From the NCBI GenBank assembly GCA_964016885.1, contig OZ024743.1, positions 215,636,001 through 215,700,000 on the forward strand: 64,000 bases of DNA, written 5' to 3'. Positions 1-11,211 of the stretch are shown in pieces. The DNA is from Eledone cirrhosa (taxonomy: Eukaryota). Below the pieces are notes generated by a model that did not search any database, had not been told where the DNA came from, and was given only the letters and a program-made list of their open reading frames with translations. A program made the translations under genes and the position numbers. Each line of letters begins with the position of its first letter. The stretch's first letter is position 1.

Positions 1-205
1 AATCATATATTTATTTGGCTATCTAGTCATATGTCAATTTTATTATCTAGCTATTCTCGATCTAGTTGTTTGGTCTCCATATTATATCTACCTATGCATC
101 CACTAACTAAATATCAGTTCATTTATCTATTCATATATCTTTCAATATTTATATATGTCTACGTACTTATCCCCATATCGTTCAGTTTATCTAACTATAT
201 TTCTG

Positions 206-258
<53 letters not shown>

Positions 259-934
259 ATGTCTGTTTATATATCTGCCTATACCGTTATTTCTATATAT
301 CTCTCTATTTATTTGTCTATCTATCTTTCCAGAGAGATAGCTATAACATTCTGACAGTATTTCTATATAATATTAGTTATTATGGTGTTTCGCCTTTGAA
401 ATGAACAATACAAGCCTACTATGTATACATTCCTGCAGGCGCACTTATATTTTACATGATGAGAAAATGAAAGTAAATAAAACAGAAATCTACAAAAAAT
501 AGTAAGGAACGAAAAACTAATATTAATTTACTAACGTACACACAATCAAACAAGTACACAACGTATATTGTGAAATTAAATGGGAACCATTATGTGTTTC
601 CTTTCTTTTACCCTTTTCACCTATCCAATGAAACGATAGATAGGGCTAGGATTAATGTTGAGTTTTGTGTTTTGTTTGTTTTGATATTTTGTAGAGACTA
701 TTTGTTCCATATATTTGGATTGTTGGATTGTATAGGAAAATTACATTCTATACCGTATGAATTATATTCAGAAAAGCATAGCAATTCATTATACAAATAA
801 ATACAATGTAAGCATATATCCGTTCGGCCAAGCAGAATATTATTGTGCACAAATATGTGCGAAAACTAATTATGTTTAAGCTTGCTTGAAATTATCTGCT
901 AAAAAAAATGAAAAAATGCGGAATTACACGTAAA

Positions 935-1004
<70 letters not shown>

Positions 1005-2394
1005 TATATATATATCATATATATGTGTGTATATATATATACATATATATACATATATATATATATATATAATATATATATATATGGAGATGCAGGGGAT
1101 GATAGAGAGGAACGAATAGGAGAGAGGCATAAAAAGATAAACACAAAGAGAGTGAGTGAACGAGTGTATTCAGTCACTCGCCATTCATAATATAATTGTA
1201 TGTCATTTCATACATTTTTGTATATTTTACGATTTGTTGATCACAGTATCATTTTTGTTACTATCAGCATTGTACTCATATTAGATATTATTACGCTTTA
1301 AAATACAAGGAATATTATATGATGAAATGAATACAAAATATATTGGAAATTGCTTTGTAAATTTTTTTCAAATATATTTTTTAATAACTGCGTCACATAT
1401 CCAGGCACATTTTTCGCTGCAGAGTTAGATATTCTCTGATATCCTATGTTCATATCCTCCACAGTCGGCCGAAAATGTTAATACTGTGTTTCAGAGTTGA
1501 CTAAAAAAGTGCTGCAGAATGCAAAATCCTGTTTCTCCTCGGGGCGGGCATATATTGCCTGTCTAATAGTGTTCCTTTGATAATGCTGTAAATATTTTAA
1601 GAATGACTAGTTCAAATATTGAGAAGAGAAAAGGCAAACTATGGTATATAGTTTTACATATGCAAATACCAAACTGACAAATTAGATGCATGTTCGATGC
1701 CAACAACCTTTAAAATAACCTTAACAGCAGCTATTTGTAATTGAAAACCTTTAACAAATAATTCCTAGCCGAATGGTAATAAACATCATTCAACTTAGCC
1801 AACAGATTGACTCACCACTCGCTTGTTCTTGAATGGAAAGTGCAGCTGTTCAGATGGTCCATTTGCTATCAATTCCCAATGCATAAACGTCGCGGCGTGC
1901 TGTTTCTGATGTTACATAGACACGCACTCTAGTCGGTACAACTTCAGAATTTCCTGTCAGAAAAATATATGTGTATGGATGTGTTTAAATGAAAATCATG
2001 TGGGCGTCCTTTTATACATATATTTGACGTTTTCAGAATACAAGAATTATGTATTTCAGTCACTCTAAAATATAATCCTATTATAACTGTATCAAGGCTC
2101 AGCCAAAATTATTTTTTTATTCATTATACTATTTACTTATATAGAAATCTGAATTTTTCAGGAGGTGTGGTTTAATGTATCCTAATTCAGTAGACATGGT
2201 ATGATTACTTACAATTGACTGGTTTCTTCTAAAGTCCCCTAAGGTCTAGGTGGTGTTGAAGCGGGTGCATGTTAAGACTACTAACCAAATACGTACCTGT
2301 GGGATTTGATGAAAAGATTTATTGAGGCTATAGAAATATATCAAAACAACTTCGATGCTTATCAATTTCGCCAATCCATCAACATGGTTCGTGT

Positions 2395-2512
2395 TATATT
2401 TTATCGACAGTGATAGGATGTTATGTAGATTTAATCTCGTCGAGATTTGAACCCACAACATGAAGAACCGGAAGAAATGATGCAATGAATTGCTTCCCAT
2501 CGATTTAACGAC
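2395..2512 (-). mobile_element. degenerate tRNA-derived SINE
   Basis: Reverse complement resembles the SINE head/body at 10123-10300 and 37740-37943 (ttttatcgac...ggatg...gatttgaac). Confidence 0.5.
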
Positions 2513-2719
2513 TTAGATCAAGTATTAATATTTCACAGCTTATCAATTTCCTTCGAATGAATTCACCTTTGTGACTTAATCACTGACATGTTTCCACTGC
2601 AACTGACTTGAAGACCGATCAAAATTAAAGTATGGCCTGAATAATTAGGATTCGTGAGAAATTGCCTGGAGAAACGGCATATTTTACTTTCCGTAGAAGT
2701 TGAAACCATGTCATTATCG

Positions 2720-2814
2720 TTCTTTGCCTTTCATCCTTACGGGGCCGATAAAATAAAGTACCAGTAATGCACTGGTAAATTGCAGACCTTGTGCCAAAAG
2801 TAGAAACAATTATC
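2720..2814 (+). mobile_element. SINE 3' half
   Basis: ctttgcctttcatccttacggggccgataaaataaagtaccagt...ccttgtgccaaaagtagaaacaattat is shared with the other SINE copies in the window. Confidence 0.75.
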
Positions 2815-3715
2815 GTACTACAGCAACGCTAGACATATATGTGATGTACGAGACAGATTTTAGCAATAATATATGTTGTCCGATTTTAAAACATTTCTGC
2901 AGTAAATGCTTTTCATAAATATTATTGAACATATTATAGGTGAGGCTTCGTTATTCTGTTGAAATATACAGAACTCATATTACTAAAAGGTATGATGTTT
3001 TACTAGAATTACTTAATATAATCCTTAATATTCAGCAGAAGCAATTTATTGCAAGCAATAACTATATCATATTATCTTCCATATGTATTTCCCTTAGTGA
3101 CTTCTGTTGTGTTACGTTAGATTTGATGAAATAAAACCAGAAATTTACTTGTATTTCAACATGATCAAGCAGATTTCAATATGTCTCTAATTCACTGTAT
3201 AAAATAACTTCAGCGAACAATGCAAGAACGTTTATCCGACAATTTAGTGATTTTACACTCCTATACCTCAATATTATAAGGAGAATATAGTACAAACAGC
3301 TACAACCTGGATTGAACATGTAAGATTGAACGTGTTTACAAATTGTACTAAGCAAATGTTTGTATATTTCACGGCTAATTTTTGTGGACAAAACAAATAT
3401 ATGTTCAAATTATTACAACATTTAACATCGTTTTTCTAATTAATCATAATGTAATATTTTCACTTGATTACGTAACTCATGTTATTAAACTTCTGTTGAA
3501 CTCTAATAACTAACAAATACTCGAATTTCTGAAGCTAAGGTATAAGGGATAGATAGATATGGCAGTGGATCACCTAATCCAGACATATCAAGAGGGTGGG
3601 GAACCAATTCCCAACTTTGATAAACTTCTGTAGAGCATCCAACTGCTGCAAACGTGGAGAGTAGAAGTCTGAAGTGTCTAACGACTGGGCCAATCCTTAA
3701 ACATAGACCCACATT

Positions 3716-3763
<48 letters not shown>

Positions 3764-3949
3764 TATATATATCTTTGATTTTTGATTGTACCTATTAATA
3801 TAAATGTAATCTCGAAGTGTGTGCTGCCACTCTAAATTTTGTAATGAATGTTGACCCACAATGTTTGAATATGTATCAATGTTTGAATATGTATTGGTAT
3901 GTCTCTCGGCTGAAAAGGAGGTCATATAACTGTCCATGCATTAATAAAT

Positions 3950-3996
3950 TGCTCCGAAGAATCCAAACCTCGGTTTGGAGGAAACAGCTGTAAGCA
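3950..3996 (+). ncRNA. type I hammerhead ribozyme motif (U4C core variant)
   Basis: tgct-CCGAAGA-a tccaaacc tc ggtttgga g-GAAA-cagctg-TA-agca: stem I 4 bp, strong stem II, palindromic minimal stem III. A PILKHRPTF-like peptide at ~3690-3720 resembles a Penelope GIY-YIG C-terminus. Confidence 0.65.
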
Positions 3997-4222
3997 CAAT
4001 AATGTTTTGAACAGTTCTTTGATTCTTATATTTCATATAACTGCTCTGTAAATCATCTGATGTTTTTACATTGAGCTACTTAACTTACTGGTAATAAGGT
4101 AGTAATACATTACTGCCTACCACTATTTAGGGTGTGTGTAAAATACTTACAACTGCTTACGGTTTTGTGTTTACATAACCATAAATAGTATAACTAATAC
4201 TATATATATATATATATATATT

Positions 4223-4859
4223 GGAATAGAATGAAACGAAATTTCATTTCTCACTCTTAGTACGGCCCTTACTTAAATGTAAGTATGTATGTATGTAGAC
4301 GTACATACATATATGTATACAGACGTACAGTAGTATGTATATATGTACATACATGCACACATATATATATGCACGTATCGGTTTACCTAACATTTATTAT
4401 AATGCTCGGTTTGTTTGTTTGTAAGCAAACAAAGAGCCCGGATTACGCCGTACAGTGTTTAGGCAACCACGTCACCTTTTTGTTCAACACTGACACAGGA
4501 ACGATGTACTAGTTTCAAGCTTATTAGCTATCGTCAGCTTCGTATACCTTCCTGCCAGATGCTTGAATGTCTGAAAGTATATACTTTCCTTATGCATATT
4601 AACGGCTGAGCAGCCTAATTTGCATATCGAGTGAGTTCAGTCGGCTGGGCGCACCGAAAACGATAAAAGGAATAGAATGAAACGAAATTTCATTTCTCAC
4701 TCTTAGAACGGCACTTACTTAAATGTAAGTATGTATGTATGTACACGTACATACATATATGTATACAGACGTACAGTAGTATGTATATATATATACATAC
4801 TACAGTACGTCTGTATACATATATGTATGCACGTGTACATACATACATACTTACATTTA
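4223..4859 (-). mobile_element. non-coding hammerhead-bearing element, partial tandem (446-bp unit) ending in a fold-back
   Basis: ggaatagaatgaaacgaaatttcatttctcactc recurs at 4223 and 4669; 4720-4859 is a hairpin centred on a short TA run; a homologous copy lies at 60898-61545. Confidence 0.75.
4501..4543 (-). ncRNA. type I hammerhead ribozyme motif
   Basis: Minus strand: acgaag-CTGACGA-t agc taataa gct t-GAAA-ctag-TA-catcgt. Core intact, palindromic stem III, one stem I mismatch. Confidence 0.75.
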
Positions 4860-6131
4860 TATATATATTAATATACATATTATATTTTTGTGTTTGTATG
4901 GTTATGAAAGTTAGATATGGATACACATTGAGTACGCCAAATAATGCAGACTTGCATTCTCAATTTGCACATTAATATATTGATATCATATCAAAATAAA
5001 TATTTAAATGGTCACAGATATAATCAGTTTACGCCATTTTTGTGCATTTTGTAATTTAATACTCATGTATTATTCATTTTTCTATTCTTTATCAAAATAT
5101 AGATCTTTCATTCCATGTGACCTGTTTTCCCCAACTATTAAATATCAATCCGATACATCCATTGCTTTGTTGTTAGAAAATAGAATGAAGATCCTATTCC
5201 GAGGCCAACGTTATGGAGTTCAATAACTTACATATATTGGAGTGTACATTTCTATTTTTATTTGCTCTCTGAAACGATCGGAAAAATGGAAATCTTTAGA
5301 AACTTCAGCCTGTCTTATATATTCATTGCAACATTATAAACAAGAGAACTGAAGCAGAGAAAGATGGAATAATAGAGAACTATTTGAAAGGTTGAAGTTT
5401 TTAATATCAGAACATTGAATGCAGCAAACTGTAAGAGTTTAAATTGTGTTGTTTGCCTTAAAAGGAAGTATTACTCATTATCTATTATTACGTTTACAGC
5501 AAACTAGTGTGCGTAAATATGGAAAACAGCCAAATTGGTTTATATAGTATATATCGCACCCACCTTTAACTCCGTGAAATCCCAGCATTCCATATATATA
5601 TATATGCATATGGTGGCTGCCAACTCGTTTTCGAGTACGGCCACTACTTTATATCCATGTAGGAGAACCCCTACCGATGCGCTGAACGAGTGTAACTTTT
5701 TAGTCCAGCCAGCGACTTGAAAACTCTGGTACAAACACTACACTTGTGACAATTATTGACACTTAGTGCTGGGCCCATGGTATCATGTGACGACAAGTGC
5801 AGGGAGATCTCCAGATATAAAGCAATGCCTGTGCCGTGAAGCTTTTATAGTGAGCAAAGGCACTGCACAAAGCCAGTCCCTCTCTCTTAACCAAGATGAT
5901 ATTTACCAAAAAGAAGAACAAGTCAACATCATTGGATACCATCAGAGTTGCAGGTGTTATATCAGAGTTTCCCTTCTCCTAGAATTCTGCCTTGACAAAG
6001 GCTAAGGGGTCATCTCTCCCATATATGTATATACATATATATATACATACATATATATACATTCACATGCCTACAGACACATCCATACATTCATGTAAAC
6101 ACAAACACATATATATACATATATGAATATA

Positions 6132-6172
<41 letters not shown>

Positions 6173-6235
6173 GTCCCAAGGCTCTGATACCATCAAAACT
6201 ATAAACACAGAGCTGGCATATCTAAGAACTGACTA

Positions 6236-6291
6236 ACTGCCTGATGAGGTCATAGCGATTCAATGGCTATCATAGAAATATATATAGCAGT
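6236..6291 (+). ncRNA. type I hammerhead ribozyme motif
   Basis: actgc-CTGATGA-ggtc atagc..gctat cata-GAAA-tatata-TA-gcagt: perfect 5-bp stem I, base of stem II eroded. Lies in a ~165-bp island between (TA)n tracts. Confidence 0.75.
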
Positions 6292-6332
6292 AAATAAAGG
6301 ATTATGAGTGCATGCAATTGACATATGTTTCG

Positions 6333-6682
<350 letters not shown>

Positions 6683-7299
6683 TTAGTTTTGTGAGCTTTT
6701 TGAAATGAAATCGTGTCGAAACAAATATTGTTATACTTGGAGAGGGTCATATTTGTGTAATATTGCCAGAATTAATAACAGAACACACTCACTGCACAAT
6801 AACTACAAACACATATAAATACACATAAATACACAGTAATACAGATAGAATACATATAAACGCACACTAATAAAGATGGAATACATTAACCAATACACAG
6901 TCACCCTAACACGAATACACATCAAACAAAACACTATACACACACGCAAACGCATGCGCAAAGAAGACAAAAAAAAACAAATAAATAAATATATAAACAG
7001 ACAAAATAAAGATGGCATAGGCATACAATGCAACGGGAGGAAACAATAGCACCACTGACGAAGTTGAAGATGTGCAACGAAAGAACTTTGATACACTATA
7101 TATATGTGTTCGTGTCTATATTGTATCTGTATTATTTTTTACCGTTGGTCAGTCAATGGCAACATTGAGGACCGAATAAATTAAATTAACCGATATGAAA
7201 GACACAGAAGCGAAAACCAACCAAACAGTGAGTATGTTCTATTATTAATTCTGGCTATATTATCACACAATTATGACCCTCACCAAGTATACCAATATA

Positions 7300-7409
<110 letters not shown>

Positions 7410-7559
7410 GTAATAATAATAAAATTGAAGACTAAAATCCAAAGAGGGCTCGATATGGAAAATATATATCAAATATATAAGAACCGTACAGAAGATCCCG
7501 TTAAGGGTGAAAGCAGCGATTCATTGCTTAACCTTTAATCTGTTATTTTAATAAATATA

Positions 7560-7632
<73 letters not shown>

Positions 7633-7644
7633 TATATATATATT

Positions 7645-7716
<72 letters not shown>

Positions 7717-7720
<4 letters not shown>

Positions 7721-7888
7721 AACAAGTAAGACCCCGACGGCTGAGCTCAAGCCGTTTCGACGGCTAATTCTGGAATGGAATTAGCCGTCGGGGTCTTACT
7801 TGTTCCTATTACCCACTCTAGTACCCTAACTATTGAGTACTTTGGTGCGTTATGGTCCACTTGGTTCCTTACCACATTTCCTTCGTTA
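7717..7888. mobile_element. fold-back Penelope-pLTR-like fragment in (TA)n with a hammerhead remnant
   Basis: Inverted repeat taggaacaagtaagaccccgacggct / agccgtcggggtcttacttgttccta. The minus strand keeps GAAA-cggct..agccg-TC but lacks CUGANGA. tattgagtac motif at 7831 is shared with the 51085-51277 element. Confidence 0.6.
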
Positions 7889-8961
7889 TATATATATATA
7901 TATATATATTCATATATATATATACATTATATATAGAGAGAGATAGATGGATAGAGAGATGGTTAGATCTATATATAGATAGATAGATATTCTTTTCTGT
8001 GCTTGACGTTATTGTGTATATATGTGGAACCTTCAAAATTTCACATCTAACACAACTGATTAAATTCTTCAGGACGGAGTATTAACACTTGAATGATTAT
8101 TTGTTCTGCCCAGCATTCCTCGGCAGTCACTTCAGATATATATGGTTCAATGTTATTAACAATGCTTCCTTTAAGCTACAACGTTTTGACAATAATGTTA
8201 CGTGACCTTAAATGAACACATCTAAATAATTCGTTGATAAGTAGTATTTTTGTAAGTGTGGTGAAAATTGGCTGTAGGAACTCACTAGCGTTGAATTTGA
8301 TGTTATTGAAGTATGCACATCTCAACTTCTAGTAATGTGTAATAAACTAATGCACTATGCCTAATATAGAGAACATGTTATCTAGAAATATACGGATCTT
8401 ATTTTTGCATAGTTGGCGTCTCCGTTAAGGCAGTCCTTTGACAACACATTAGCATGGATAACTAATTTATTTCGTTACAGGATTTACTTTCCATACATTT
8501 ACTTCAGCTAATATTAATAGGAAACAACTTTTTCTATCTACTAACATTTGTATGATCATAATATTGTTTTAAATGAAGCCTCGAAACGAATTATTAAATT
8601 TAAAACGGGTATTTTTATTAGAGAAAATACTACGGGTTCGTTGGATCTGATAGATATAATAGACTAATCTGCTTAAATCTACTATACTTACTTAAGGAAG
8701 GACAGATTGCACAATTAAGTACAACAAACTTTAAAATTGATGGATTATTCTAGGCTGGAATACATCACATCACACATGTCCTGTCTTGATGCTGAAATAT
8801 GCGAGGGGTTGTTTAGTCCTTAAATAATTACTGTCAAAATTTCGCTGAAATATAGACGACAAAGTGGAAGTTGTGCTCATTAAACAATCAGGACTGGGTT
8901 ATAAATTACGCTGATCATAGATTTGGTCTATTAGGTTTAAACAGCAATAACATATATTTGA

Positions 8962-9360
8962 ATTTCGTATTTCTAAAGAAATACGGTATTTTATAAATAA
9001 ACATTTAGAAACTCGAAGCTACGCAAAAACACTGACGGCTATCGCCACCTGGTGGTGTCCAGCAGAAGTATGGGGGACAATCGTCGATACATTTCTCAAC
9101 AATACGATCCCTCCCATTTTTGCAACTTCAAGACATGACAACAGGCGAGAATATATAATTTTATCGTCTGTGTGGATGAGGTGATTAATCTCATTTGCAT
9201 ATGAAGCCGTATAAGTGGGCTCAACTTATAATAGAATTGAAGTAGAATTTAGCTTCGTGCATAGTTGTATACAGTTATTTATAAACATATTTCGTATTTC
9301 CTTAGAAATACGAAATGCCAATACATATCTGTATACAGCTATGTTCGAAGCTAAATCCTA
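8962..9360. mobile_element. small inverted-repeat element (MITE/Helentron-like)
   Basis: 8962-9021 is an imperfect inverted copy of 9250-9316; 9243-9360 is itself a hairpin. Confidence 0.5.
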
Positions 9361-10122
9361 AATATATTGCTCCTCTATTATATGCAGCTTTGTGTATATA
9401 TTCAATTGTGTACTCTTTAAAAAATTACGCACTCAAAACCAATCTCAGAGATACGAACTACCATAATAATTACGAACTAAAATCCAATCGCAGATATACG
9501 AACACCATAAAAATAAAACATCAATTCGATATGTTCATGTATTTTGTCTATGCGTACATATATATTCATTTGTACAATCCCAATGTATTTATTATGAGTT
9601 AATATGTTACTGTTTTGTTAGTTACGTTAGTAGATAGAGTAAAGCATTATATATTATAATATGATTACTGATGTATTTCTCCTTATTTAACGATAATGTA
9701 TATTATAAATATATATATATATGGAAAAAGTGCGATATCCTTGGTACAGTTAGGTATATTTGGACAAAGTTATAAATTTATAAATTAATATTGACTGCCT
9801 AATCATTGTTGAGTTGATTTAGATTTCTTTGACTGCTATTTCCAGCGTCAATATAATTCCGTCAAATTGTCATAATGAATCAAGTGGGATATATTCATGC
9901 AGTATTCCAGCTATGCAACATGTTGTTCATAATGAAAATTCACCTCTGGCATTCTGGATTAGATTATTTTTTCTAATGCACTGGCATGATTTCGACATAC
10001 TTATCTACGCAATCATATTCGAATATGTGAAAAAAATTATATACGCATATCACCCTATATATAGCACGCCATAAATTACGAGAGAAAGTTCGCAGGATTA
10101 GAATTATTCCGAACATTATCAT

Positions 10123-10300
10123 CGGGTGGTTTGGCAGTATGGGTAGAGGGTCGAACGCCATGCTTTGCATCACAGAGTTACGTCCCTTTACGGACTGAGT
10201 TCAAATCCCGCCAAGATTAAGTTTGCCTTTCATCCTTACGGGGTTGATAACATAAAGAACCAATGATGTACTGGGTAATTGCTGGCCTATGTAAAATTAA
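10123..10300 (+). mobile_element. tRNA-derived SINE, near full length
   Basis: A-box-like tggcagtatggg, B-box gagttcaaatcc, then tttgcctttcatccttacggggttgataa central domain (resembles the Meta SINE domain, from memory). Confidence 0.8.
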
Positions 10301-10489
10301 ACACATATATACCAATTTAAATGCATAAACATGAGATTATAAAACTGTGGGTTCTTTTTTTTATTTCTGCTACCTATTTACATTTCACTTTCTCTCTTTT
10401 TTTGTAGCTGCCTATTTCAAAACAAGCAAAAATATATAACTGGGAAATAAGGGGAAATGTTAATGATTTCATTTATGGACCAATGGCTT

Positions 10490-10635
10490 GTGCTTTAGAC
10501 ACGAGGCCAACAATTTTGGAATGAGGGGAGAGTCGATTAAATAATCCCAGTTCAATACAATTGATTTTTTTAATTGAACCAGTAATGATTAAAGGAAAAG
10601 CTAACTCAATAATATCAGGATTTAAAGTGAGAATT
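10490..10635 (-). mobile_element. degenerate SINE
   Basis: Reverse-complement similarity to the SINE tail/body (gaggccaacaatttt...aaaggaaaagct...ggatttaaa). Confidence 0.45.
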
Positions 10636-10644
10636 TAAAAAGAA

Positions 10645-10890
10645 TTTGGGAATTTCATAAGATCAAGGGCGTCCCAATTCGCATAGGAGCACAAGATACT
10701 ATCTCAAAGAGTTTTCAAGCATGGTTAAAGAACGTTAGTACAGCCCCCTTTTTTGGAACACATGCATGCTTGCTGGGAACAGCAAGAAACCTCCGATACG
10801 TCCTGAATATTTGAAGCTGCAGGTAGCGGCTTGACGTTCATTTGAATAAACTTTCCAGTTAAATAACATCAATGACTGAGACTCCAAGAA
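10645..10890 (+). mobile_element. R4/Dong-like family X, old 3' fragment
   Basis: Diverged match to the ...ACLLGTARTLRYVLNI* end and 3' UTR (gctgcaggtag..actttccagtt..aatgactgagac). Confidence 0.85.
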
Positions 10891-10982
10891 TAACAAAAAC
10901 AACAAAAACAACAACGACACCATCTTCACCGCCACCGCCACCCCCACCACCACCACCACCACCAACAACAATAATAATAATA

Positions 10983-11043
10983 ATAATAATTGTTTCTACT
11001 ATTGGCACAAGGCCAGAAAATTACCCAGTACATTACTGGTACT
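10983..11043 (-). mobile_element. SINE 3' fragment with (ATT)n tail
   Basis: Minus strand: agtaccagtaatgtactgggtaattttctggccttgtgccaatagtagaaacaatt(att)n. Confidence 0.75.
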
Positions 11044-11211
11044 GTAAGTTTCATATTGTTTACATCTATGCTTCATCTATTCTTCCGTCTCCCTGTCATA
11101 TTGTATCGTCATATTGATAATGCATACACGCTAGCTCGAAGTAGCTAGCCAGCAAATAACGTAGTGATAAATCCTGTCATAAATATTATTACTCGATGTT
11201 CAAAGTGAAAA

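Noticed and set aside
1816-1953. Possible host exon on the minus strand (ttttctgacag acceptor, gtgagt donor, 138 nt)
   Set aside because: All three frames contain a stop and no partner exons were recognisable; at best non-coding or terminal, so unsupported.
7481-7535. Hammerhead-like cAgaaga-tccc gttaa gggt-GAAA-gca..tgc
   Set aside because: Core mutated and no stem I pairing; probable relic, not counted.
8030-8080. Minus-strand CTGAAGA...GAAA spacing
   Set aside because: No UH site or stem I could be formed.
10123-10215. tRNA gene suggested by A/B boxes (also 37740-37820)
   Set aside because: No cloverleaf; continues into the SINE body seen in several copies.
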